From assembly GCA_040876735.1 (NCBI GenBank), contig JBBDPC010000100.1, positions 3,818 to 67,817 on the forward strand: a DNA stretch of 64,000 nucleotides. The letters run 5' to 3'. Each line of letters starts with the position of its first letter. Within the stretch, counting starts at the first letter, position 1. Below the pieces are notes generated by a model. That model was not told where the DNA came from. It was given only the letters and a program-made list of their open reading frames with translations, and did not search any database. This DNA comes from Phycisphaeraceae bacterium (GTDB taxonomy: Bacteria > Planctomycetota > Phycisphaerae > Phycisphaerales > Phycisphaeraceae). Shown piece after piece: positions 9,101 to 17,434 of this stretch. The position numbers and the translations under genes were made by a program.

Positions 9101-10088
9101 CTGGCAGACGCCCTTGCCCTTCCAGCCGGACGCGTCACACCAGGCCGGCGGCCACCTGGTCATCGGCCGGCACACCGACCAGTTCGGCTACACCATCGAC
9201 CAGGCCGCGGGCATCGATCTCACCACCGGCCGACTGATGTGGGAACGCCCCCTCTACCTCCGCTGGGCGCCGACCATCACCTGGGACGGCGAGCGGGCCT
9301 ACGCGATCACGCGCGGCGTCAATCACCCGCAGGCGGAACTGCTCGAACTCGACCTGGACACCGGCGCCGTGCGGGAACGCGTGGCCTATCAGCACGCCCC
9401 GGAACAGATGCCCGAAGCGGAGTACACCATCCATACGGCCGATGGCGTGATCGCGCTCGCGGCCGACAAGCAAGTGTACGAGGTGCGGCCGGGCGATCCG
9501 TCCACGGTGATCCACTATCCCCGCCTGCCGGAGGCGTTTGAATTCGGCGCGTCCCGCTTCTCGACGGAATTCCACCTGCACGACGAGCGGTGGATCGAGG
9601 TGCGCCGCTACCACGGCCCGCCCCACTTTCACCGCAACTTCCACCAGTGGCTGTTCGATCGGCACGATCCGCAAGTGATGATCCATCGCACGAGCGACGG
9701 CCGACTGAGCGGCGATCTCCTGCTCGAGCCCAGCCCCGAGGAAGCGCGGCTGTCGGTGTTCCACCTGACCGACCAACGCGAGCTGGTCACGGTCGATCTG
9801 CCTCGGCGCGATCAGTACCGGCCGGTGCATGTCGTGGATGCGTGGCACGAAGCCGACCGCCTCTACACGCTCACCACGTCCGCGCGCGAGTTGGAAGATG
9901 CCGTGATCTACCTGGACGCGTACGACCTGGCTACAGCTGAACATCTCGGCGGCCAGACGCTGACGGGCGTGATGTCGCGCCAGCTCTCGGCCGGGCCGGG
10001 GCAGACGCAACTGCTGCGCGTCGCCGACGGCTTCGTGCTCGCCGACGCTTACGGCGTCCACATCTTCTCGCCCTGGCAAGCCCCTTGA
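6153..10088 (+). CDS. large secreted protein with helical/TPR-like N-terminal half and PQQ-binding-like beta-propeller repeats
   Basis: Hydrophobic N-terminal signal; repeated AxDxxxGxxxW motifs (AFDAADGEPIW, ALDLVRGDTLW, AVDRKTGETRW, AVDLADGALRW). Start could alternatively be 6207. Confidence 0.8.
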   Translation: MTSQLFLFLSFVGRRPHVMAWCLLTLLLGLTAGNGTSTAWSDSTGEALLTGVSYVEPADLEAEIDWQATWRETHVATMTAWQAELADVEDAERRRQRERAREVRLLHELARRFPDAAQQDNAAMHQALLLERLAPHMDRGLRLLADRLETAEDDPQRAVELLTAMHERAGGLLNAGDWPAFVARHLLALHEAGQAVDDALRREALQRWFVQLRGQRRFFEARDVLRAIDQLEANDGTAWRAARLLAWVDFYMAAGLHDQAAARAEQVAAVVAEAGDGEADGELEALRLAAEQRLETIRDRVPNAMPPSLTMARDVAPELDRLRTASEIDESAIDRLYADPQIIGTLVERGPRHFASTWTELTGELANQPAASLAPLRLHQQRQAEAEARGRAPARPAEVGLMAHYRRSPWSEAGQRALLEAAERWLRRGELDLARRSLSDLLAQTVEGPLAERVRAGVERLASPVEPTAAAPASHPAGPAPAAAWRLPDASHAMPGHFDHAPPGDAVHLLRGQGLVGHERFALVAGPTLLARHDGSNDEPTWVRRHADATAGPRAAATSEVITLPGPFQPAVAGEVIVTRWGLAADERGAADVAAFDAADGEPIWTTAQHARWQTLQPVSDPVVAGQRVYVLARERQTAAFTPTVRVVVVALDLVRGDTLWVRPLATQATTIRLGSLDVDTIHSGNRVTVDDAAVYVTTGAGVNARLDARDGLVEWLQWYPRAPRREQWLEFAQRAGAAPQVFEDVIVLTPRDRSGALAVDRKTGETRWDEPLLPVNGVAGRWERAVVFYGQQALTSVDAGTGEVNWHRRLDQPLTVAPVSLGRRCHVVAGTRWLELDMASGEVTAQRDEASHAELLTLAINERGVVAVTAAPARRPLQHEAAQAVERDDASAMGNPFFHRAQFRRRPHATLWHLPDASAPPSDFLLYGGGWLERVSRPPHPQARWSRPVPVGLMHQHWHDGMVVLVSADRALAVDLADGALRWQTPLPFQPDASHQAGGHLVIGRHTDQFGYTIDQAAGIDLTTGRLMWERPLYLRWAPTITWDGERAYAITRGVNHPQAELLELDLDTGAVRERVAYQHAPEQMPEAEYTIHTADGVIALAADKQVYEVRPGDPSTVIHYPRLPEAFEFGASRFSTEFHLHDERWIEVRRYHGPPHFHRNFHQWLFDRHDPQVMIHRTSDGRLSGDLLLEPSPEEARLSVFHLTDQRELVTVDLPRRDQYRPVHVVDAWHEADRLYTLTTSARELEDAVIYLDAYDLATAEHLGGQTLTGVMSRQLSAGPGQTQLLRVADGFVLADAYGVHIFSPWQAP

Positions 10089-10149
10089 TCGGCCGTGGCG
10101 GAAGCCGTCTCCCGCTTCCATATCCTGAACAGACAACCCTTCATGCCGC

Positions 10150-10512
10150 ACACATTTCAGGGGATCCCCTGATGAATCCACTTTGTCCGCCCGTCCCCGC
10201 ACCGACCTCGAGCACATGAACCTGGGCTGGGACTTTTGCGAAACCCCGCTCGGGAACACCCGCCCGATGTACCAGTTGCACCACCTCGACCGCGTGCCCA
10301 CGCCGGCTTCGATCGTCTGGCTGGGCGACACCACATCAAACCGAACCAACTGGGGCGACATTCCCGGCGGCGGCACCGGCCGGATGACCGGCGCATTCAA
10401 CCCCACAATCAATCGCCAAGTTGGAACTGGTACGGCGGCCTGCTGCACCTGATCCATCCCGGCGACGTCTCCAACGTGCTGTTTTACGACGGCCACGCCG
10501 GGTCGCGACAGG
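10150..10512 (+). pseudogene. frameshifted C-terminal fragment of a DUF1559/H-X9-DG gene
   Basis: One frame gives LDRVPTPASIVWLGD and a shifted frame gives LIHPGDVSNVLFYDGHAGS. No prepilin N-terminus; the fragment ends at the convergent VKOR gene. Confidence 0.65.
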
Positions 10513-11925
10513 TCACACGAGCCAGCGGCCCCACGTCCCGTACTGCTGCGCGATGCGCCCGCGCGGGATGCTCAACACGATCAGCAACACCCCGCTGATC
10601 ACGGCGTTCCACTGCGCCGCGTCCGCCGTGCCCGCGAGCAACCAGGGGGTGGCGATCACCCATCCGCCCAGCAACACGTTCACCCACCGCGCCGGCCGAG
10701 CCACCTCCGCCATCGCCAGCACCGTCACCGTGATCACCAGCCAGCCGGCGAGGAAGTGACTGTTCGCCCCTGGGTTCTCCATCCCGAAAATCGGCGGAGA
10801 CAGCATGATCCACAGCCCCAGCAGAAGACTCGCGACCAGGTTCCAAGGCACCGTCACCCCCTCCACCATCGTCCGCCACACCTGGCTCGGCGGCGCGGTC
10901 AGCGCCACCGGCTCAACCTCTTCCTGCCCGTCCGGCGCTGGCCCGCCCTGCCAGAAAACCTGCCACCGCGATCGCCCCGGCCCCCGGCTCCGCGCCAGGT
11001 GCTGCATCATCGCCGCCACCTCCGGCAACGTCAGGCAGGCCATGATCAGCATCGCCACCGCCGTCACCAAGCAGAGCGTACACCACGCGCCCACCGCCAC
11101 CGGCTGAAGGATGATCAGCACGACGCTCACCACGCCCGCGGGCACCACCAGCACGCCGAACAACGCCACCACCCACGGCGCCGTCCGCCACCGGCTGGCG
11201 CCGCCCATGCAGCCGACCAACGCTTCCAGCGCATATGCCATCGCCCCCAGTCCCGCGTCCGAGATCGGCCACGCCTCCGCGACCTCGGAATCGAGCACGC
11301 GCTGCGTCCCGTCGCCGAACAGCGGGTCCCACGCCTGCCCGCTGTAGTCCAGCTGGTAACCGGTGAGGTAGCGCGAAATCAGAAAGCACAGCCACGCCAG
11401 CGCGACAATCGGCGTCCGCTGCACCCACGACGACGGGTTGAACGACCAACCCGGCGGTATGCCCGGCTGCACCGGTTGCGCCCAGAGCCGGCGCGTGCCA
11501 ATCACCGACAACCCCACCAGCAGGATGCCGCTGAGCGTGCTGTTGAGGTATGCCGCCGCATGCACGGTCCCGAAAGCCAGCGGCGCGAACAGCAGCCAGA
11601 CGCCCAGCGCGCAAAGCGCCCACGACGCCCACCACCGCCGGGGATGAATCGCCACGACGCCGAGCACCCCGGCCAGCGCGCCGCTGACCCACTCGCTCCA
11701 CCCGGTCGCCGTCCACGCGTAGCCCAGCGACGCCGGGCTGCCGATCAGCCACACGCCCACCGCGCTGCACGCCAGCAGCGCCCACAGACCACGCTCGTGT
11801 TCCGCTCGCGCCAGCGGGTGGTCCGGCGAAGTCACGGCGTACGCGTCCGGCTCCGGCGCCCGCGGCGCGGCGGCATGTGTGGCGGGCGTGGCGTCGGGCT
11901 GCTGCTCTGGCGGGTCGCCGGTCAT
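10513..11925 (-). CDS. vitamin K epoxide reductase (VKOR) family protein with SPW repeats
   Basis: PISDAGLGA and WCTLC (CxxC) motifs; SPW-like repeats (LIGSP, LLFAP, IMLSP, VIATPW); PPGWSFNPSSW. Confidence 0.85.
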   Translation of the reverse strand: MTGDPPEQQPDATPATHAAAPRAPEPDAYAVTSPDHPLARAEHERGLWALLACSAVGVWLIGSPASLGYAWTATGWSEWVSGALAGVLGVVAIHPRRWWASWALCALGVWLLFAPLAFGTVHAAAYLNSTLSGILLVGLSVIGTRRLWAQPVQPGIPPGWSFNPSSWVQRTPIVALAWLCFLISRYLTGYQLDYSGQAWDPLFGDGTQRVLDSEVAEAWPISDAGLGAMAYALEALVGCMGGASRWRTAPWVVALFGVLVVPAGVVSVVLIILQPVAVGAWCTLCLVTAVAMLIMACLTLPEVAAMMQHLARSRGPGRSRWQVFWQGGPAPDGQEEVEPVALTAPPSQVWRTMVEGVTVPWNLVASLLLGLWIMLSPPIFGMENPGANSHFLAGWLVITVTVLAMAEVARPARWVNVLLGGWVIATPWLLAGTADAAQWNAVISGVLLIVLSIPRGRIAQQYGTWGRWLV

Positions 11926-11952
11926 CCCTTGCCCCTTCCCTCATGCGCGGGA

Positions 11953-13041
11953 TCAGCCGGCCCTCTTCGCCTGCTGTTGCAACGCCGGCGGCAGCGGCAG
12001 CTTGTGCTCCTGGTACCACCGGACGGGGTCGGCCTTGAGCGATTCGATCATCTTCGGCAGCGCGTCGCGCAGCGTGTGCTTCGGTTCCCAGCCAATCATC
12101 TGTTGCGCCAGGCTGATGTCCAATTCGTAATGATCGTCGGCCCGGTCGATCATCCAAGGCTTGATGAAGGCCTCCTCCTGGCCGGGCAGCTTGTCCTGCA
12201 CCCACGCGCCGGCCTTCGCCAGCGGTTTGGGGATGCGGCGCGTCGTCCATGCCTCGCCATGAATCAGCTTCGAGAAGGTGCGCTGCAGCTCGTCATAGCT
12301 GACCGGCTCGGGCTCGCCGATGAGCAGCGTCAACGTCTCGGGCAACTGCTTGCGGTGTTCGATGGTGAGGCGGAAGGCTTCAAGCAGGTCGTCCTCATGC
12401 ACCAGCGACTGGCCGTGCGTGAGGTCGCCGGGGAACACCTGGCTGGTCAGTTGCTTTTCATAGATGCGCTGGATCTGGTGCGCCAGCGGCAGGCTGTGGC
12501 AGTCGTCGTCGTAGACGCCGGCGATGCGGAGGATCACCGCCGGGATGGACCCGCGCTTCTCGTGAATGATTCGCTCGGTCTTCACCTTCGATTCGGGATA
12601 AGCCCACGTCGGCTCGACTGGCGAATCCTCGTTGATCGGCCGGCCCGGCTCGGTGGGGGCATGCACCAGCATCGTGCTGGAGAAGATGAACTGTTCGACG
12701 TCGAAGTTGGCCAGCGCCGTCAGCAATCGTTCGGTCCCGCGGACGGTGACCTGCTCGTACTTCTCGCTGGGGTCGCCGGAGAAATCGACGTACGCCGCCA
12801 GATGCACCACCGAGGCGAACGCCCGACCGTGCTGCGCCGCCGCCTGGGCAAGGGCATGGTCGACGCTGCCCTGGTCGGTCAGATCGCACGTGATGAAGGT
12901 GGCGTTGGCGGGCAGCGGTTTGTCGGGGGGGACGACATCGAAGCCGACGACGCGGTGCTGCCGGGCAAGGCGTTGCACCACGCCCCGGCCGATCAAGCCG
13001 CTGCTGCCGGTGACGATGATGGTGGCGGTCGGCTCACTCAT
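11953..13041 (-). CDS. NAD-dependent epimerase/dehydratase (extended SDR)
   Basis: TGSSGLIG, HLAA and YPESK (YxxxK) motifs. Confidence 0.9.
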   Translation of the reverse strand: MSEPTATIIVTGSSGLIGRGVVQRLARQHRVVGFDVVPPDKPLPANATFITCDLTDQGSVDHALAQAAAQHGRAFASVVHLAAYVDFSGDPSEKYEQVTVRGTERLLTALANFDVEQFIFSSTMLVHAPTEPGRPINEDSPVEPTWAYPESKVKTERIIHEKRGSIPAVILRIAGVYDDDCHSLPLAHQIQRIYEKQLTSQVFPGDLTHGQSLVHEDDLLEAFRLTIEHRKQLPETLTLLIGEPEPVSYDELQRTFSKLIHGEAWTTRRIPKPLAKAGAWVQDKLPGQEEAFIKPWMIDRADDHYELDISLAQQMIGWEPKHTLRDALPKMIESLKADPVRWYQEHKLPLPPALQQQAKRAG

Positions 13042-13289
13042 TGGAAAGCTCCCTGCGTGTCGAGGCGGCGCATTCTAGGGGCGCGCGACGCCGGCAATCG
13101 AGCCCGTGCGCCCCGCGTCATGCGGTCCGCTGGCCCGGATGCGGGAAGGGATTCCCCCGCCCGGGCATTCAGTGCGTGCCCCGCTGACTGACGTGGGCGG
13201 ACGACCTATCGTTGCGCCAACCGTGAACGGACGGCTATCGGCACGCCGGTCCACAACATCCGCGCCGTCCCGATCAAGGAGGCACCGCC

Positions 13290-13628
13290 ATGCAGACGAT
13301 CGACGCCCGCCAGCTCGAGCAGATGAAAGCCCGCAACGAGGATTTCCTGCTCATCAACGTCCTGCCCGAAGAGTCGTTCCGCGAGCAGCACATCCCCGGC
13401 TCGGTGAACATCCCCGTGAATGAAGACGACTTTGAAGAACGGGTCGAGCAACTGGCGGGCGACAAGGAGCGCACCGTCGTCGTCTACTGCGCCAGCACCG
13501 AATGCACCGCTTCGCCGGCGGCCGCGAACAAGCTTGAGGACGTCGGCTTCACGCACGTCATCGACTTTGCCGGGGGTATGCAGGAGTGGGAGCAGACGAA
13601 CCATCCGGTCGAAACCGGAGCCGATTGA
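13290..13628 (+). CDS. rhodanese-like domain protein
   Basis: HIPGSVNIP, VVVYC and FAGGMQEW motifs; strong RBS AAGGAGG. Confidence 0.9.
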   Translation: MQTIDARQLEQMKARNEDFLLINVLPEESFREQHIPGSVNIPVNEDDFEERVEQLAGDKERTVVVYCASTECTASPAAANKLEDVGFTHVIDFAGGMQEWEQTNHPVETGAD

Positions 13629-13669
13629 ACCGCGCCACCGTGATGCGCGACATGCAAGGGAGAAGCACC

Positions 13670-13873
13670 ATGGCCATCGCCAAGACAGTGGAGATTTCCG
13701 CCGGCTCGCCCGACAGCTTCGACGATGCCGTCAAACAGGGCATCGCCCGCGCGGCGAAGACGATCGAGGGCATCCGCGAAGTGTGGGTCAAGGAACAGAA
13801 AGCGGTCATCGAGAACAACCAGGTCAGCGAATACCGCGTCCACATGAAGGTGACGTTTCTGCTCAAGGAGTAG
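13670..13873 (+). CDS. dodecin family flavin-binding protein
   Basis: 67 aa: KTVEISAGSPDSFDDAV...YRVHMKVTFLL. Confidence 0.9.
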   Translation: MAIAKTVEISAGSPDSFDDAVKQGIARAAKTIEGIREVWVKEQKAVIENNQVSEYRVHMKVTFLLKE

Positions 13874-13878
13874 CCGTC

Positions 13879-13968
13879 ATGGTAAAGCCGACGCGCCACG
13901 CCATCGTGGTCGCAGCCTTGGCGCAGCACGGCCAGACGTTCGCCAACGCGTTCGGCGTCGGCCCATGA
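13879..13968 (+). pseudogene. possible truncated gene start (29 aa)
   Basis: RBS AAGGAG, then MVKPTRHAIVVAALAQHGQTFANAFGV. From memory this resembles the N-terminus (LLxxHGxTFAxExGI) of a putative HhH-type endonuclease family; it stops abruptly. Confidence 0.3.
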
Positions 13969-14001
13969 CGTCTGAATTGAAACCGCTGTAGTAGCTCTCC
14001 C

Positions 14002-14454
14002 TCATCCGGGCATGACGACGCCGACGGTGAGCAGGAGGTTGGCGTAGATGCGCTGGTCGCCGGTCTGGATGGTGACAGCGACGTCGGGGGATTCACCCGC
14101 ATCGTAGAAGGCGAAGCGTTCGATCGGTTCCAGATCGAGGTCGCCGTAGCCGGCGTGTCGGAGGATGCGTCGGTATTCGTCCCAGATGGGCGGGTCTTCG
14201 CTGAGGCCGTAGGGCCCGCTGCGGGCGTAGTCCATGGTGGTGGCGGCTTCGACGGGGATGGCGGTGAGCAGGGTTTCGAGCACCTGCGTGCAGGAGACGG
14301 TGCCGGGGGTGAAGTTAAGGTGGATCAGCTCGGCGTTGGGGCCGAGCTTGGTGGAGCCGGGGTAGTTGCCGTCGGCGATGAGCACTTTTGAGCCGTGGCC
14401 GGCGGCGGCGAGGGCGTCGAGCAGGGGCGGATGGATGAGGCGTGACTTGAGCAT
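14002..14454 (-). CDS. RbsD/FucU family sugar mutarotase/pyranase
   Basis: GHGSKVLIADGNYP, ERFAFYD and TGDQRIYANLLLTVGVV motifs. Confidence 0.9.
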   Translation of the reverse strand: MLKSRLIHPPLLDALAAAGHGSKVLIADGNYPGSTKLGPNAELIHLNFTPGTVSCTQVLETLLTAIPVEAATTMDYARSGPYGLSEDPPIWDEYRRILRHAGYGDLDLEPIERFAFYDAGESPDVAVTIQTGDQRIYANLLLTVGVVMPG

Positions 14455-14490
14455 GGGCGCGGGTCCGGGGGTGAGGTTTCGTTGTGGGTG

Positions 14491-16257
14491 TTATAGCCGA
14501 TTGAGAGAGGTGCGTGTGCCTTCGGCGGGCGCCTTGCGGGCGGCGGGGCGGCCGTTGCGCGTCTGCGCACTGAGCCAGAGATGCGGCGGCAGCATGCCGA
14601 GGCCCATGATGGCGAGCTGGCTGAATACGAAGGCGAACAGCCAGCGCATGGCCGCGTCCATGAAGCCGTAGGAGTGGAGCCCGACGCCGAGCATGTTCGT
14701 GCCGAACCAGGCCCAGGCGGTGATGATGTTGCCCGCGACGGCGAGGACCATGATGCCGCGGGTCTGGATCATGCCGCCCCAGCGTGCGTGGAGGATCAGG
14801 GCGTGCATGAGCACGATCAGGGCCGCGCCGTTTTCCTTCGGGTCCCAGCCCCAGAACCGGCCCCAGCTCTGGTCGGCCCAGATGCCGCCGAGCACCGTGC
14901 CGACGAAGCTGAACAGCAATGCGAAGCAGATCGTGCCGTAGACCATCCGCGTCAGCGATTGATTCAGCTCACGGCTGAGCCAGGGCGTGCAGACGCCGAG
15001 CAGGATGAAGACGATGGCGAGGATGCCGGCGAGGAACGTGGCGGAGTAGCCGATGGTGATGGCGATCACGTGCGTGGCGAGCCAGAAGTTGGAGTCGAGC
15101 ACGGCCTGCATCATCTCCATCGTGTCGCCGTCGCCCGCCAGGTTGTGGGCGATGATGAGTGTGACTGCGCCGACTACGCCCGCGCCCAGCGTCGCCAGCC
15201 CGAGGCGGTGGAAGCCTTCGACGAGGATCGCCAGCAGCACCGTGCCCCAGCCGACGAAGACGGCCGAGGAGTAGAGGTTGGTCACCGGCGGCCGGCCCTG
15301 GAGGTAGACGCGCGACGCGAGGCCGAACGTGTGCAGACAGAAGGTCACCACCAGCAGCGCCAGCGCCATCTGCGCCAGCGTGCCCGCCCAGACGCTGCCG
15401 GTCGTACCGCGCAGCAGCAGTGAGCCGGCGGCGAGCAGGAAGACGGCGACGTAGAGCGAGGTCGCATGGTAGAACGGACGGAACGCACTGAAGAAGACTT
15501 CAAAGTTCGCCTTCCGCAACGCGGCCGGGGCCCGCTCGGTGAACAGCGTGCGGTACTCGGCCACCGCCTCGTTGAACTGCGCCGGCTGCTGGTGGTGGTA
15601 GGCGAGAAATATCGTCATGTAGGCGGTGACGGCGGGGTGCGTGCGGCCAGTGGCCTGCGCCTCCTGCACGGCCTGCTCGAAGGGCATCCACTCGTCGTTC
15701 GTCGGCGAAGGCGGGATCATGTAGGGCGCCCGGCGCGTGTGCAGGTTCATGTAGACGCTCACCTGCTGGTAGAGGTGAAGCACGTTCCGCTGATACGCGT
15801 TGCGCTGCCGGCTGGGCACGTCGGACACCCGCTGCGCCTGTTCGACGATGCCCTGCCAATGGGGCATGATCTGCGCGAAGCTGAACCGGTTTTCCGTCGG
15901 TTCTTCCTCGTGCAGCATCGCCCGCACGTCGGGATGATCGATGCGGAACACGGGGTACTGCTCCGCCTGCTCGCGCTGCGCCATGACATCGAGCAGCCAG
16001 CGGATGGCGGGCTGCGGTTCGCCGTCGATCTCCAGGCTCTGCCGGCCGCTGAGGAGCATCAGGCTCGTCCGCGCCACCGTGTCCATCGGCTTGACCCGCC
16101 CGTCCGCGGAGACGGGGATCGTGCCGAACCGCTCCAGGTGGTACGCTCCCGGATCGCCCGCCGCCCCGCGCTGCGCCTGCACCACCAGCAACGCCAGCGC
16201 CGCCACAGCCGCAACGGCCACCACCCACGGCAAGATCGCATGTATCCGCTGCATCAT
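14491..16257 (-). CDS. ccsA: cytochrome c biogenesis protein CcsA/ResC (System II) with N-terminal periplasmic domain
   Basis: WWD domain GGIWADQSWGRFWGWDPKE, WLATHV, GVGLHSYGF, and N-terminal GRVKPMDT. Confidence 0.92.
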   Translation of the reverse strand: MMQRIHAILPWVVAVAAVAALALLVVQAQRGAAGDPGAYHLERFGTIPVSADGRVKPMDTVARTSLMLLSGRQSLEIDGEPQPAIRWLLDVMAQREQAEQYPVFRIDHPDVRAMLHEEEPTENRFSFAQIMPHWQGIVEQAQRVSDVPSRQRNAYQRNVLHLYQQVSVYMNLHTRRAPYMIPPSPTNDEWMPFEQAVQEAQATGRTHPAVTAYMTIFLAYHHQQPAQFNEAVAEYRTLFTERAPAALRKANFEVFFSAFRPFYHATSLYVAVFLLAAGSLLLRGTTGSVWAGTLAQMALALLVVTFCLHTFGLASRVYLQGRPPVTNLYSSAVFVGWGTVLLAILVEGFHRLGLATLGAGVVGAVTLIIAHNLAGDGDTMEMMQAVLDSNFWLATHVIAITIGYSATFLAGILAIVFILLGVCTPWLSRELNQSLTRMVYGTICFALLFSFVGTVLGGIWADQSWGRFWGWDPKENGAALIVLMHALILHARWGGMIQTRGIMVLAVAGNIITAWAWFGTNMLGVGLHSYGFMDAAMRWLFAFVFSQLAIMGLGMLPPHLWLSAQTRNGRPAARKAPAEGTRTSLNRL

Positions 16258-17432
16258 CGCACTGCCCTTCCCACGAACCGCACCAGGTGCATGCCAAAGT
16301 GGATCAACATCCCCAGCGCCACCAGCGAACAGGCGACGTAGGGCAACAGCCAGCCGGGGTTGCGCACCACTTGAAGCACCGTGCCCACGTCGCCCTCCTT
16401 GTAGGCCGACTGGTAGAACGTCGCGCCGTCGTATCGCAGCGGGTTGTTCATCGAGATCACCGCCTCGCGGTCTTCGTTCTGCGTCGGGTCGACCAGGCGG
16501 ATCCGGCTGGAGAAGTTGCGCGGCGTCTGCGTGCCCACGAACCGGTCGTGGCGGAATTCCAGCAGGTGCAGCGTGTAAGGCTTGTACGTCCGCTTGAAGC
16601 GCAGGGCGATGTGGTACGTCCGGCCGTCCACCGTCACCGGCTGCATCGGGTTTTGAATGAACGTCGAGACCAGCCAGGTGCCCAGCGGCCGGCCGCCGCG
16701 ATGCAGCGTGATGTAGGCGGTCGGCCAGTCGATCGTGTTGCCTTCCACGCCGGTGGCCGGCGGCTGCTCACGGACGTCGAGTTGCAGGCCCGCGCCGAGG
16801 GTGGCCCGCGTCGGCGTGCCGGGGGGCACGTTGAACAACCGGGAGTTGGGCAGCCACTGCTCGACGGTGATGTCGAACGGCAGCGCGTCATGCCGGACCG
16901 TCCGCCCCGGCGTGGTCAGCATCGACTCGGGCACCGCCACCACGTCGTCAACCTCCGCGTCCGAGCGGTCCATCACGACCAGCTCGGCTTCGCGGATGTC
17001 TTCGACAAAGCTCGCATGGCTGCCCTCGTCGATGGTCATCAGCCCCTCGTCCGCGAGCAGGCCCGTGACGAACTCGCCGACCAGCAGCACGATCACGCCC
17101 AGGTGCAGCACGATGATGCCCGCCCGCTTCGCGCTGAGCTTGAAACGCACCGCATGGGCGGCGAGCAGGTTCACGATCAGCAACCCGCCCAGCAGGTAGC
17201 CGCCGGGGAACGGCACGACGCCCGGCACGGTCGCGAGCTGCTTGGGCACGAACAGTTGCAGCTCGATCCAGGCGATCGGCGTGCGGAAGTAGCCCGCCAT
17301 CACGTCCCAGATGCCGCCATGTACCTGCGCCAGCGTACCGGCGAAGATGAGGCACATCGACAGGGCGAACAGCGCGACCGTGAGTTTCAATGACGCCAGC
17401 GCGTCCAGGCAGCGGTGCAGGGGTTGGGGCAT
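16254..17432 (-). CDS. ResB/CcsB-like cytochrome c biogenesis protein
   Basis: LASLKLTV, GIIVLHLG (TM His), ISMNNPLRYDGATFYQS and VRNPGWLLPY motifs. Confidence 0.85.
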   Translation of the reverse strand: MPQPLHRCLDALASLKLTVALFALSMCLIFAGTLAQVHGGIWDVMAGYFRTPIAWIELQLFVPKQLATVPGVVPFPGGYLLGGLLIVNLLAAHAVRFKLSAKRAGIIVLHLGVIVLLVGEFVTGLLADEGLMTIDEGSHASFVEDIREAELVVMDRSDAEVDDVVAVPESMLTTPGRTVRHDALPFDITVEQWLPNSRLFNVPPGTPTRATLGAGLQLDVREQPPATGVEGNTIDWPTAYITLHRGGRPLGTWLVSTFIQNPMQPVTVDGRTYHIALRFKRTYKPYTLHLLEFRHDRFVGTQTPRNFSSRIRLVDPTQNEDREAVISMNNPLRYDGATFYQSAYKEGDVGTVLQVVRNPGWLLPYVACSLVALGMLIHFGMHLVRFVGRAVR

Positions 17433-17434
17433 GA

